NCBI GenBank assembly: GCA_963716395.1
Contig: OY970309.1
Coordinates: 3,168,001-3,232,000 of the forward strand
Length of the DNA: 64,000 nucleotides
Reading direction: 5' to 3'
DNA from: an uncultured Fibrobacteria bacterium
GTDB taxonomy: Bacteria > Fibrobacterota > Fibrobacteria > UBA11236
Below the pieces are notes generated by a model, which had not been told where the DNA came from, did no database searches, and saw only the letters and a program-made list of their open reading frames with translations. The position numbers and the translations under genes were made by a program. This document shows positions 39,831 through 49,454 of this stretch, in pieces (the first letter of the stretch is position 1; every line of letters starts with the position of its first letter).

Positions 39831-40751
39831 ATGCTGCGTCGAATCTGGTTGATGGCGGTGCTTTTGTTTGCCTGCCGGTTGTCGCCACCGGACGCGGCCA
39901 GCGAAGCTGCGGCCATCCTGCACACCCATCCGGCTGAATTCGTGGATCGCCTGCAGGCCATGGACGCACTGGTGCTGCGCCAATTTCCGCAGACGGGCGA
40001 CCCAAGCGTGCTATTGCTCGACAGCTTGGCCCGCTATCGCGAACACCTGCGCGCGGCGGGTTTCGACCGCTTGGATGCGGAGCAAAAACCCGCGGCGCTG
40101 TTGGCTTTTCTGTTCGATACGCTGGGCGTGATTCCCGATACCGCCCCCACCGGCCTGGGGGAAGACCTTCCCGGACAGGTCCTGAAAACTCGCCGCGGTG
40201 ATTGTGTGGGATTGACCCTGCTCACGCTGGCCTTGGCGAAAACCATGGGCGTGGAAGCGCGGCCGGTGTTTTTGCCCAGCCACGTATTCGTGCGGTTGCG
40301 CTCCGGTGCGCAAGCATGGCGCAATGCCGAGCTGTTGCGTCGCGGGCTGGCGCGTAGCGATTCATTTTACCGCACGGTGTTTCGCCTGGCGCAGCGGCCC
40401 TGGTATCGACTGACCTCGGCGGATCCGGTTCAGGCGTTGGCCGCGCTGCTGTTCAATCTCGCCAACGCCCATCGGGCCGCAGGTCGAACTTCCCTGGCCC
40501 GTCGTGAATATGCGCGGGTGCTGGAGGTGATTCCGGGTTTTCCCGATGCGGCCGGCGCGGAAGGCGCCTTATGGCTCCGAGCCGGCGACGCGGATTCGGC
40601 CTTGGCTTGTCTGCGTCTGAGTTTAGCCGGCGATTCCCTTTCGTCTCCGGCGTGGGATACCTATGCACGGGCCTTGGAGCGGGCCCGGCAGCCGGGAGCC
40701 GACTTGGCCACGGCGCGTGCCCAAGCCCTGCATGCGGCCTTGCCGCATTGA
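39831..40751 (+). CDS. Transglutaminase-like (SirB1/Transglut_core2-type) lipoprotein with TPR
   Basis: Lipobox LFAC; VLKTRRGDCVGLTLL...LPSHVFVR; C-terminal TPRs. Confidence 0.75.
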   Translation: MLRRIWLMAVLLFACRLSPPDAASEAAAILHTHPAEFVDRLQAMDALVLRQFPQTGDPSVLLLDSLARYREHLRAAGFDRLDAEQKPAALLAFLFDTLGVIPDTAPTGLGEDLPGQVLKTRRGDCVGLTLLTLALAKTMGVEARPVFLPSHVFVRLRSGAQAWRNAELLRRGLARSDSFYRTVFRLAQRPWYRLTSADPVQALAALLFNLANAHRAAGRTSLARREYARVLEVIPGFPDAAGAEGALWLRAGDADSALACLRLSLAGDSLSSPAWDTYARALERARQPGADLATARAQALHAALPH

Positions 40752-40786
40752 CCCCGTTTCTGTCCGCAAGTAGATTGCCAAACGAG

Positions 40787-41497
40787 ATGCCGGATTCCGA
40801 ATTGCGCGTATTCCTGTGCAGCAGTCACCGCGACTTGGCCACCGAAAGGCTATTGGCGCAGGAAATATTCGAATCTTTGGCGCGGGAATACGAAGGCTTT
40901 CGCTACTTCGCGCCGCGCTCGCAGCCCGCGGTGGAAACGGCCTTGGCGGCCCTGGCCGATTCGGATCTGGCCGTGTGCATCCTGGGCCATTGCTATGGCG
41001 CGGCGGCGCCCGGGTTGTCGCTGTCGCATGCGGAGATCGAATTCCGGGAAGCCGAAAAAACCGGTTTGCCCGTGCTGGTCTTTTTGCGGCGGGAAGACTA
41101 CGACCTGCGGCCGGGAAAGTTCGAAAAAGATCCTGCCCGCGCCGCCAAGGTGCAGGAGTTCCGCCGACGCTTGTGCACCGGAAACTGCGAAACCTTCACC
41201 GACGCCCCTTCCCTGGCGGTGCTGATGCGAACCGCCTTGGAGGCTGAAATCGCCGCACAGGGTCTCCCCAAAAAAATGACAACCCGGGCTTTTCCGCAAA
41301 CAACTTTGAACGCCTCGGTGAAAACCGTCGACCCGGCGCCGGCCGAAGGGGCGGCCACCAAAACCCTGCCCGTGATCCAGAAGGCTCTCAGCACGCCGTT
41401 TCAGCCCCGGGCGAAATGGAAAGAGTCGCTGTGGTGGTGGGGCGCGGGCTGTATCGCGGCTTTGTTGATTATTTCGGTTATTCTGTTACGGCACTAA
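40787..41497 (+). CDS. DUF4062-domain protein with C-terminal TM anchor
   Basis: RVFLCSSHRDLATER, SDLAVCILGHCYG, SHAEIEFREAEKTGLPVLVF match the DUF4062 pattern; hydrophobic C-terminus. Confidence 0.8.
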   Translation: MPDSELRVFLCSSHRDLATERLLAQEIFESLAREYEGFRYFAPRSQPAVETALAALADSDLAVCILGHCYGAAAPGLSLSHAEIEFREAEKTGLPVLVFLRREDYDLRPGKFEKDPARAAKVQEFRRRLCTGNCETFTDAPSLAVLMRTALEAEIAAQGLPKKMTTRAFPQTTLNASVKTVDPAPAEGAATKTLPVIQKALSTPFQPRAKWKESLWWWGAGCIAALLIISVILLRH

Positions 41498-41503
41498 CAA
41501 TTA

Positions 41504-42187
41504 TTACCGGCCCCGCACCAGCAGCACCCGGCCGCGCACCACCTTCACCTGGGTCAACACCTGCAGCAATCGCGCGTAGACCGGGTTTCCGGGAGGCGCG
41601 TAATCGGACACGGAAAATCCGCCGCGTTTTTCCAAGAGACTGATGGGAAATCGTTGGCCATTCATGAAACCCACTTGCGGCGCCAATTTCACTTCCTGCG
41701 GGCTCAGGTCGAGAATGCCTTCGACGCGGGCGTTGAAATAGCCCTGATCCTTGGCGATTCTTCGAAAGATCCAGGCCACCTTGCCCTGCAGGTCGCGCAC
41801 GGGTTGGGTGGTGGAGACGGCCAGGTTCGAATCGCCCGCTTCGACGCGGTAACGCAACCCGCTGGATTTTGATATCGGGCTGGAAGCCACAAGAACATCA
41901 AGATCCGAATCGTCCAGCCAAAGCGAATCCGATTTTTGCGCCGGAACCTCGGAAGCGAAGTCACCCAACCGTTCGGCTACGCGTTGTAAGCGCATTTGCT
42001 GCGGGGCCGTCCAAAGCAACGGGGGGACGTTGGGTTCGGGCGCCACGATGGCGCGGAACTCCTTGTATTGCGATACCAGGATGATGGCGACAATGCACAA
42101 GACGCTGGCGGGCGCCATGCATAAAAACAGAATGAAGGTCCGCCGGGAAACGGCGGCCGGGTCCGGCGGCGGCGTGGAGACAGGCAT
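41504..42187 (-). CDS. Membrane-anchored hypothetical protein
   Basis: 227-aa ORF with a single N-terminal TM, directly downstream of the oxidase operon. Confidence 0.65.
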   Translation of the reverse strand: MPVSTPPPDPAAVSRRTFILFLCMAPASVLCIVAIILVSQYKEFRAIVAPEPNVPPLLWTAPQQMRLQRVAERLGDFASEVPAQKSDSLWLDDSDLDVLVASSPISKSSGLRYRVEAGDSNLAVSTTQPVRDLQGKVAWIFRRIAKDQGYFNARVEGILDLSPQEVKLAPQVGFMNGQRFPISLLEKRGGFSVSDYAPPGNPVYARLLQVLTQVKVVRGRVLLVRGR

Positions 42188-42215
42188 TAAAACATTGAAA
42201 GACGCTTGACCAGGC

Positions 42216-42608
42216 TTATTTCTGGTCCGCGGCGTTTGCCTTCAAAACCGGAGATTGCCAATTGATCGCTTTGGTGAAACTGGGATCCATATTGCCGCGA
42301 AAGGCGATGTCGGCCATGACGAAGGTGATGAAGATGAGCAGGAAGGCAAAGTTGGAGCAGAAAATAACCACGTTGAGCCAGGACTTTTCATATTTGAGCC
42401 CCATGAGAAAGCCGGCGACAATGACCATCATCACCACCGATACGGAAAATATGGCGGCCGCTTGCACCGTGTGCAAACTGAGAAAGTCGACGGGCCATTT
42501 TTTCATGGGGACCTGGGAAATGGCGACCATGAGGACCAGCAGCGCCAGCAGGCCGACGTAAACCCGAATCAGGGTTTTCACGTTATAGGTGTGCCCAGGC
42601 TGTTCCAT
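42216..42608 (-). CDS. ctaF: Cytochrome c oxidase subunit IV (caa3-type)
   Basis: Three TMs; FLMGLKYEK motif; lies after subunit III. Confidence 0.75.
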   Translation of the reverse strand: MEQPGHTYNVKTLIRVYVGLLALLVLMVAISQVPMKKWPVDFLSLHTVQAAAIFSVSVVMMVIVAGFLMGLKYEKSWLNVVIFCSNFAFLLIFITFVMADIAFRGNMDPSFTKAINWQSPVLKANAADQK

Positions 42609-42611
42609 CGT

Positions 42612-43262
42612 TTACCCCACCAAATAAAGAAGCGGAAAAAGAAAAATCCAGACGATATCCACCAGCGCCCAATAAATTCCGGCCATTTCCAAAGGCGTGA
42701 AATATCCCCGCGAGAAGCGCACCTTGGTCGACACGAAAAAACACCAGACCATGAGCCCCATGCCTACCAACACGTGCAGGGCGTGTAACCCGGTAGAAAA
42801 GAAGTAATAGCCGAAGAAGACGTGGACGTAAGGGTTGGTGAACCCTTCGCCGTGAAAGTGGTGGCCGGGCAGCAAACCGTGGTGGAACTTGGCGACATAT
42901 TCCGAGCCTTTCACCACCATGAAAGCGCATCCCATGAGAAAGCTGATGACCAGGTTGAGCCGCACCTTGGCCTGATTGGCTTTCTGGCCGTAGGATGCGG
43001 CGAGGGCCATGGTAAAGCCGCCGGTGAGTAGAAAAAAGGTGTTGAGCGCACCCATACGCCAATCCAGATGCGGTTTGGCCTGGGCAAAGGCGCCGGGATG
43101 GCGGTACAGGATAATGATCCCTGCCACGAGTATCGCCCCGAACATCATAATTTCCGAGGCCAGGAACAGCCACATACCCATCCGCTGGGCTTCGAATTCC
43201 TGGTTGGCATCGTCGAAATGGTGGGCGACGGCGTGTTCATGCAAAGCGGAGGCGTTGGTCAT
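42612..43262 (-). CDS. ctaE: Cytochrome c oxidase subunit III
   Basis: [43 protein letters not shown]. Confidence 0.95.
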   Translation of the reverse strand: MTNASALHEHAVAHHFDDANQEFEAQRMGMWLFLASEIMMFGAILVAGIIILYRHPGAFAQAKPHLDWRMGALNTFFLLTGGFTMALAASYGQKANQAKVRLNLVISFLMGCAFMVVKGSEYVAKFHHGLLPGHHFHGEGFTNPYVHVFFGYYFFSTGLHALHVLVGMGLMVWCFFVSTKVRFSRGYFTPLEMAGIYWALVDIVWIFLFPLLYLVG

Positions 43263-44866
43263 TTGGCTTTCTCCATACCGTATTCGTAGGGGCCGTGCGT
43301 GACCACCGGGGTTTCGGCGAAGTTGTATAAGACCGGCGGTGTTTCCGCCATTTCCCACTCCAAGGTACGGGCCCCCCATGGGTTTTGCGGGGCGTTGGCC
43401 GGGCCGCGGAGCGACACCAACAAATTGATCAAAGCCGTAAACAATCCCACGGCCAGGATGAACACTCCCACGGTGGAGATCTGGTGGTAAATCTGGAATT
43501 GCGGCAGGTAGTGGTAATAGCGCCGGGGACTACCATGCGCGCCCATCACCAGTTGCGGAAAAAAAGTGATGTTGAAGCCGATGAAGATCACAATGCTGGC
43601 CAACCGACCCCAAAATTCGTTATACATATGCGCCGTCATTTTGGGCCACCAGTAATGGATGCCGCCGATGAAGGCGATCATGGTGGAGCCCATGGCGATG
43701 TAATGGAAATGCGATACCACGAAGTAGGTGTCGTGCAGATGAATGTCGAGCGACAGAATGGCCAAAATGATTCCGGTCAGGCCGCCGATGGTGAAATTGA
43801 ACAACACCTGCAAGGCATACAGCATGGGTGTCCGCAGCCAGATCGACCCTTGGTAGAGGGTGGTGGTCCAGTTGAACACCTTGATGGCCGAAGGCACGGC
43901 GGTGAAAAAGGTCAGGAAGGAGAATATCGTGCTGGCGACTTCGGATTGGCCGGACACGAACATGTGGTGCCCCCAGACCAGAAAGCCGATGATGGTGATG
44001 GCCACCATGGAGTAGGCCATGAACTTGTAGCCAAAAATGTCGCGGCGAGAGAAAGCGGCGATGAGTTCGGAGGTGATGCCGAAGGCCGGCACCACGATGA
44101 TATACACCGCGGGATGCGAATAGAACCAGAAGAAATTCTGCATCAAAAGGGGGTCGCCGCCCAAAGCCGGATCGAAAATACCGATGTGGAAGAAGTTTTC
44201 GATCAGCAGAAGGAGCAAGGTTACCGCCAGCACGGGGGTGGCGAACACCTGCATGATGCCCGTGGCATAGAGCGACCAGACGAACAACGGCATTTTAAAC
44301 CAGGTCATGCCGGGCGCGCGCATTTTGTGGATGGTGACGATGAAATTCAACCCCGTCAAAATGGAGGAAAAGCCCAGGGTGAAGGCTGCGACCATCATCC
44401 ACAGCACGGCCGGATTTTCAGAAATCGAATACGGAGCGTAAAAAGTCCAGCCCTGATCGGCGTTGCCTGCAATTAAGGACACGATGGCGAGGGCCGCCCC
44501 TAACCAATAAATATAAAGGCTGGTCAGGTTGAGCTTGGGGAAGGCGAGATCCTTGGCCCCGATTTGGATGGGAAGAATGAAATTCCCCAGGGCGCTGGGA
44601 ATTCCGGGCACCACCACCAAAAACACCATGATGACACCATGCATGGTGAAAAAATGGTTGTAGGTGTTGACCGACATGATATCCCGGCCCGGGGTCCACA
44701 ATTCGACGCGGAAGAGAAAGGCGTAGATGCCGCCGCATACGAATAGGGTGATCACCGAGATCAAATACATGATGCCGATGCGCTTGTGATCGATGGTCAC
44801 AAGCCAAGACAAAATGCCCTTGCGTGCTTTCAGGTAATTGACGTTGTTATGGACATGCGCGATCAT
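43259..44866 (-). CDS. ctaD: Cytochrome c oxidase subunit I (A2-type)
   Basis: [26 protein letters not shown] (YS motif of the A2 family), [17 protein letters not shown]. Confidence 0.97.
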   Translation of the reverse strand: MIAHVHNNVNYLKARKGILSWLVTIDHKRIGIMYLISVITLFVCGGIYAFLFRVELWTPGRDIMSVNTYNHFFTMHGVIMVFLVVVPGIPSALGNFILPIQIGAKDLAFPKLNLTSLYIYWLGAALAIVSLIAGNADQGWTFYAPYSISENPAVLWMMVAAFTLGFSSILTGLNFIVTIHKMRAPGMTWFKMPLFVWSLYATGIMQVFATPVLAVTLLLLLIENFFHIGIFDPALGGDPLLMQNFFWFYSHPAVYIIVVPAFGITSELIAAFSRRDIFGYKFMAYSMVAITIIGFLVWGHHMFVSGQSEVASTIFSFLTFFTAVPSAIKVFNWTTTLYQGSIWLRTPMLYALQVLFNFTIGGLTGIILAILSLDIHLHDTYFVVSHFHYIAMGSTMIAFIGGIHYWWPKMTAHMYNEFWGRLASIVIFIGFNITFFPQLVMGAHGSPRRYYHYLPQFQIYHQISTVGVFILAVGLFTALINLLVSLRGPANAPQNPWGARTLEWEMAETPPVLYNFAETPVVTHGPYEYGMEKAK

Positions 44867-44890
44867 AGGCGATTCCGGGTCAAGGGGTTT

Positions 44891-45835
44891 TTATTTCAAG
44901 CTTTTGATATAGGCGGTCAGGGCCGCGATTTCTTCGTCGCTGAGAATTCCCTTGTACGGTGGCATCACCGGCTGAAACCCCTTTACGATGTCGGCGGTCG
45001 GATCCATCATCGAAAGCTTCACATAGGCGGCGTCGACGACCTTGCTACGGCCCCCTTCGAACGCCACCGTGGTGCCCCAAATGCCCTTCCAGGTGGGGCC
45101 GATGCCGGCGCTGCCGTCGACGTGATGGCAGGCGCTGCAGCCCTTCTGATGGTAGAGCAGAGCGCCGTATTCGGCCGGCGATTTTCCGGCCGCGGGATTG
45201 GCGGCTTTTTTCAGCCAAGCCTGGTAGGCATCGGGTTCGAGCACTTTGACTGCCGTCCACATATAAGAATGGTTGGTACCGCAATACTGGGTACAAAACA
45301 CCTGGAACACACCGGTGCGCGTAGCTTCGAACCACAGACTGTTGTAGCGGCCGGGAACCACGTCGGACTTGGTGCGGAAGGCGGGAATGAAAAAGGAGTG
45401 GATGACGTCGACGCTGGTCAGCTTGAGGCGCACCGGTTGATGCACGGGGACCACCAAGGTGTCGCTGCTGACGCCCTGCTCGGGATAGGAGAAGCTCCAG
45501 CTCCATTGGCGGCCGGTTACGTCCACGGTCATGGAGTTGGACGGCGCCACACGCATGTTCCAGAATCCCTTCATGCCGATGATGAAGAGGCCAATTACGA
45601 TGAGCAGCGGCACTACGGTCCAAATGGTTTCCAGGGCCGTATTGTGCGTCATCTGGCCCTGAGCCTGCTGATCGGGATGGCGTCGCAGGTATTTGAAAAC
45701 AAAGACCACGATGAGTGCGACGATGACGGTGAAAAAGAATATGGAGATCCACAAATAGAGATTGAAAGCCCAATCCACGGATGGGGCAAAGGTGGAGGCC
45801 GCGCGGGGCAGCCAGAAAGTCTTACTCGTGTCCAT
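44891..45835 (-). CDS. ctaC: Cytochrome c oxidase subunit II with fused cytochrome c (caa3)
   Basis: DVIHSF, CuA motif CTQYCGTNHSYM, C-terminal CSACH...MP. Confidence 0.95.
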   Translation of the reverse strand: MDTSKTFWLPRAASTFAPSVDWAFNLYLWISIFFFTVIVALIVVFVFKYLRRHPDQQAQGQMTHNTALETIWTVVPLLIVIGLFIIGMKGFWNMRVAPSNSMTVDVTGRQWSWSFSYPEQGVSSDTLVVPVHQPVRLKLTSVDVIHSFFIPAFRTKSDVVPGRYNSLWFEATRTGVFQVFCTQYCGTNHSYMWTAVKVLEPDAYQAWLKKAANPAAGKSPAEYGALLYHQKGCSACHHVDGSAGIGPTWKGIWGTTVAFEGGRSKVVDAAYVKLSMMDPTADIVKGFQPVMPPYKGILSDEEIAALTAYIKSLK

Positions 45836-45873
45836 AGATTCCTTGTTCCGTTAATCCTTCGCCGCAGCCAGGC

Positions 45874-46716
45874 CTAAACGCTCTCCCCCAGCTTGGCCGC
45901 AGTCTTGGTCGCTTGCTTTTTCCGGTAAACCTCCCGCCACCACAGGGGGCCGAGCAGCAGCGCCAGCAAAACCAGCACAATGCCCCCGCCCGCCGTCATC
46001 ACGTGTTGGGCGAACAGCACATACCCTTTGGCGTTGGAGTCGTAATGGTAGCAGAACAAAATCACCTTGTCGGAGAGGGAAAGCTCCTTATCCTGCGAGG
46101 CGTCGAGCAAGGCCAGGCGCATGTCGCGCGGTGAGAAATCCACCCCATACAGATAACGAGATACTTTGCCGCCGGGACTCAGAAAGATGATGCCGGCCCC
46201 GTGGGCGAACTGATCCTTGCCCGGAATGTAGCGGTAGTTGAATCCCGCGGTGGTTGCGAGGGTCTTTACGGTATTGCGATCCCCGATCAAAATATGCCAG
46301 CCCTGATTCGTTCCGGGTTTGTCGAGCGACTTCATCAACCGATCCTGCACGGGTTTGGCCTGGGCCGGGTCGTCATGCCAGTCGAGGTCGACGGTCAGGA
46401 TGGTGTATTCTTTTCCCGGCGTCCAGGGATTGGTGCGCAGGCCCTTAGCGATGCCATCCCATACCAGCGGGCACAGCATGGGGCAATGCAAGTAGGCGAA
46501 GTCGAGTAGAATCGGTTTTCCCTGGTTGAGAAAGTCACCTAATTTCACCGCGCGCCCACTGGCGTCGATGAAAGACAGGTTCGGATCCACCTTGGCCCCA
46601 AGATGTTCCACGATACCGACGCCGGTCAACGCGGGCGGTAAGGCCGCTGCGCCACTAGGACCGCCGAAGGCCTGCAGAATGCCGGCCAGGGTCAAGAGAA
46701 GAATTGTACGCCGCAT
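45874..46716 (-). CDS. SCO family copper chaperone
   Basis: YLHCPMLC motif, QFAH, SRYLYG, C-terminal TM. Confidence 0.9.
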   Translation of the reverse strand: MRRTILLLTLAGILQAFGGPSGAAALPPALTGVGIVEHLGAKVDPNLSFIDASGRAVKLGDFLNQGKPILLDFAYLHCPMLCPLVWDGIAKGLRTNPWTPGKEYTILTVDLDWHDDPAQAKPVQDRLMKSLDKPGTNQGWHILIGDRNTVKTLATTAGFNYRYIPGKDQFAHGAGIIFLSPGGKVSRYLYGVDFSPRDMRLALLDASQDKELSLSDKVILFCYHYDSNAKGYVLFAQHVMTAGGGIVLVLLALLLGPLWWREVYRKKQATKTAAKLGESV

Positions 46717-46719
46717 GGC

Positions 46720-47076
46720 TTACTCCTTTCTTCTGACCTCGGGGGTTGAATCGTGGGCCTGGGCGGCGCGTTGTGCCATAATCTCCATCGCGCGCTGAAT
46801 GGGAATTTGCACGATACCGTTGGCTTTGTCTTTCCAGGCATAGTTGTCCAACATCGAATCTTCCTGGGCGCGAAAAGCGTGATAGACTTCGGCCAGGGAA
46901 TCGGCGCCCTCGGTTTGCTTGGCGCGCATTTCATGCGTCAGAGAGGCCGTGGCTGCCGACCACACGATGAAAACAAAAATCAACAGCAGCAGCATGGCCA
47001 CAGGGATCATCCAAATCACCCGGTTGAAGGTGAAGTCTTGCGTTTCGTGGCCGGCGCCGTGGGAAGAATCGCTCAT
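46720..47076 (-). CDS. actG: Alternative complex III small subunit ActG-like
   Basis: GHE motif, single TM, YAWKDKANGIVQIPIQRAME; lies between actF and SCO. Confidence 0.7.
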   Translation of the reverse strand: MSDSSHGAGHETQDFTFNRVIWMIPVAMLLLLIFVFIVWSAATASLTHEMRAKQTEGADSLAEVYHAFRAQEDSMLDNYAWKDKANGIVQIPIQRAMEIMAQRAAQAHDSTPEVRRKE

Positions 47077-47078
47077 GC

Positions 47079-48269
47079 TCACATCCCGTTGTCGTAGTTC
47101 AGGCATTCTGCCAGCCGGGGGTCCTGCACCGGAATCAGATTGGCCTGACGCAATTTATGGAGAAAGAAAAAGGCGAAAAATCCGCCCACCGCCAAGAGCG
47201 CGCTGATGTCGGAGAGGCCGAACACCGCGCCCTGCGGGTGAAAATTCGGCTGCACCAGCCAGTAGATATCGACAAAGCACATCACCAGCAGCCACACGGC
47301 GCCGAAAGCGAGCGTTTTCGTATTGCGTTTGACGTTATGCGACATCAGGAAAAGAAAAGGAATGGCGAAATGGCACCACGGCAAGGTCAGACTGACGAAC
47401 ATCCACGATCCCACGGCTCGGTGGTGGAAAAAGGCGACCTCTTCGGGGATATTGGCGTACCAATACAAAATGAACTGCCCGAACGCGATATAGGTCCAAA
47501 AAATATTATGGCCGAACATCAATTTGCCCATGTCGTGATAATGCTCGGTATTCACCGTATTGCGCAAATGCCCGGTGGATTGCATGAGCCGGGTCAGCAA
47601 AATCAAGACGGCATAAAAAGCCACGATGGAACCGGCGAAGAAGTACACCCCGAAAATACTGGAAAACCAATGCGGATCCAGCGACATGATCCAGTCGAAG
47701 GAGAAGAAAGTCTGCGACAGGGCGTAGAAAACAAGACCGCCGCCGGCCACCTTCGCCATGCGCAAGGTCAAATTGGGATCGCCGGTTTCATCCTGTTTAC
47801 GCGACGTTTTCAAAAAATAGGACGCGAAGGCGAACCAGGCTCCGAAGTACACCACGGCGCGCAGGGTGAACATCGGGATATTGAGATAGGGAATCTTGAT
47901 TTGCACCAGGTGATCTGTGGCGCGCACCGACGGCAACGACCAGCGGAACACATCGTGCATGCAGAGGAGAATGGGAACGGAGAGCAGGGCCATGACCCAG
48001 ATATTCGATGCCAAGGTTTCCGCCAACCGGCGCACGGTTACACTCCAGGCGGAGCGGGCCGCGAATTGCACCATCACGAAGAACAGCGCACCCAACGCGA
48101 TGGCCGTAAAGAAAATGAAGGCGGTGACATAGGAGGCGAAAAATGCGTGGCGATCCCGCAGCACCGAAATGGCGCACAAGATCAGCCCCACCACTCCGGC
48201 TCCAAGGCAGTAATTGGTCCACTTTTGCAGCCTCGCATTGAGGCGGATGACATCGTGTATTTCGACCAT
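47079..48269 (-). CDS. actF: Alternative complex III subunit ActF
   Basis: About 10 TMs; DWIMSLDPHWFSSIFG, EHYHDMGKLMF, WYANIPEE. Confidence 0.92.
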   Translation of the reverse strand: MVEIHDVIRLNARLQKWTNYCLGAGVVGLILCAISVLRDRHAFFASYVTAFIFFTAIALGALFFVMVQFAARSAWSVTVRRLAETLASNIWVMALLSVPILLCMHDVFRWSLPSVRATDHLVQIKIPYLNIPMFTLRAVVYFGAWFAFASYFLKTSRKQDETGDPNLTLRMAKVAGGGLVFYALSQTFFSFDWIMSLDPHWFSSIFGVYFFAGSIVAFYAVLILLTRLMQSTGHLRNTVNTEHYHDMGKLMFGHNIFWTYIAFGQFILYWYANIPEEVAFFHHRAVGSWMFVSLTLPWCHFAIPFLFLMSHNVKRNTKTLAFGAVWLLVMCFVDIYWLVQPNFHPQGAVFGLSDISALLAVGGFFAFFFLHKLRQANLIPVQDPRLAECLNYDNGM

Positions 48270-48277
48270 TTTGACGA

Positions 48278-48853
48278 CTACCTCAGCTTGGCTCGTTCAC
48301 TGTCGGGAACATCCTGAATGCTGGCGTTCTCGCTCAATTGCAAGGCCCGCAAATACGCCACGATGGCCCAGCGATCGGCTTCGGGAATCTGCTTGCCATA
48401 GGCCGGCATGTTCCGAACCCCGTATGAAATGGTGCGGAACACCTGACCGTCGGGCATCTGGCGGATGCGATCGCTGTGAAAGTTGGGCGGCGGGAGAAAG
48501 CCGTGTTGCACCACCATGCCGTTGGCGTTTCCGGTGCGGCCATGACAGGGCGAACAGTAAATATTGAAGCGTTGCTGGCCGCGTTCCAGCAGCCCCATGG
48601 TGACGGGAACCGGAAGCTTGGCGATGGGATGCACCGAATCGCCGCCCCGCCAGTACGCGTCATCCGCTTTGAGATCGCCATGCGGCACCGTGCCTTCGGG
48701 CGGCATGCGCATGTTACGGCCGTCTTTAAAAAAGGTGTTGCTTTCAAAGGCGTTGAAGCGGGGTTGGTACTCCATACCGTGCTTGACCCACAAAGGCGGT
48801 TCCCGGGAAATCTGTCCCCGGCAGCCGAACAGCACGGCCCCAGCCAATACCAT
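48278..48853 (-). CDS. actE: Alternative complex III monoheme cytochrome c lipoprotein ActE; start may lie about 27 nt further upstream
   Basis: Lipobox VLFGC; MRMPPEGTV; YCSPCHG; MPAYG; DRWAIVAYLRALQ. Confidence 0.9.
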   Translation of the reverse strand: MVLAGAVLFGCRGQISREPPLWVKHGMEYQPRFNAFESNTFFKDGRNMRMPPEGTVPHGDLKADDAYWRGGDSVHPIAKLPVPVTMGLLERGQQRFNIYCSPCHGRTGNANGMVVQHGFLPPPNFHSDRIRQMPDGQVFRTISYGVRNMPAYGKQIPEADRWAIVAYLRALQLSENASIQDVPDSERAKLR

Positions 48854-48881
48854 AGGTCCGAAAAATGCGGCGGGTTTCAGA

Positions 48882-49439
48882 TCAATCCTCCAGCACTTCG
48901 ATGTTCCTGCCGCCGAGCGACTGCAGGAAAGCTTGGGTTTTTTCCGCATTGAATTTTGGATCGCGCGCTTCGATGCTGATGAAAAATCCGTTATCCGAAA
49001 ACTTCTTGAAATTCTTGCTCTTGAAGGTGGCATGGTACAGGCGCGGCAGTCCGTTGAGGGCCAGCATACCCAGCAGGCAACCAAAAGCCGTAAACAAAAT
49101 TCCGGGTTCGAAGGTGACGGGCACATAGGCCGGGTAGGCTACCATGGGCTTGCCGGCGATGAGCAGCGGGAAAGCGTATTTGTGAATCCAGTATTGCAGG
49201 CTGAATCCGCCGAAGGCGCCGGCAAAGGCGCAACAGATGGCGATCCATCCCAACTTAGAGTCTTTCAACCCCATGGCTTTTTCGATGCCGTGGATGGGAA
49301 AGGGGGAATGGACATCCCAATACCGATATCCCATGTCGCGCACCTTTTCGGAGGCATGGGAAACTTCGGCCGGGTTGGCGAATTCGGCCAGCACGCCGAA
49401 CAGTTTCGGGACGCTCTGAACTTTTTGACTGTGGGACAT
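48882..49439 (-). CDS. actD: Alternative complex III subunit ActD (DUF3341)
   Basis: GVLAEF, DVHSPFPIHG, YVPVTFE, NGLPRLYH. Confidence 0.92.
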   Translation of the reverse strand: MSHSQKVQSVPKLFGVLAEFANPAEVSHASEKVRDMGYRYWDVHSPFPIHGIEKAMGLKDSKLGWIAICCAFAGAFGGFSLQYWIHKYAFPLLIAGKPMVAYPAYVPVTFEPGILFTAFGCLLGMLALNGLPRLYHATFKSKNFKKFSDNGFFISIEARDPKFNAEKTQAFLQSLGGRNIEVLED

Positions 49440-49454
49440 ACCGGCAATCCTCGA

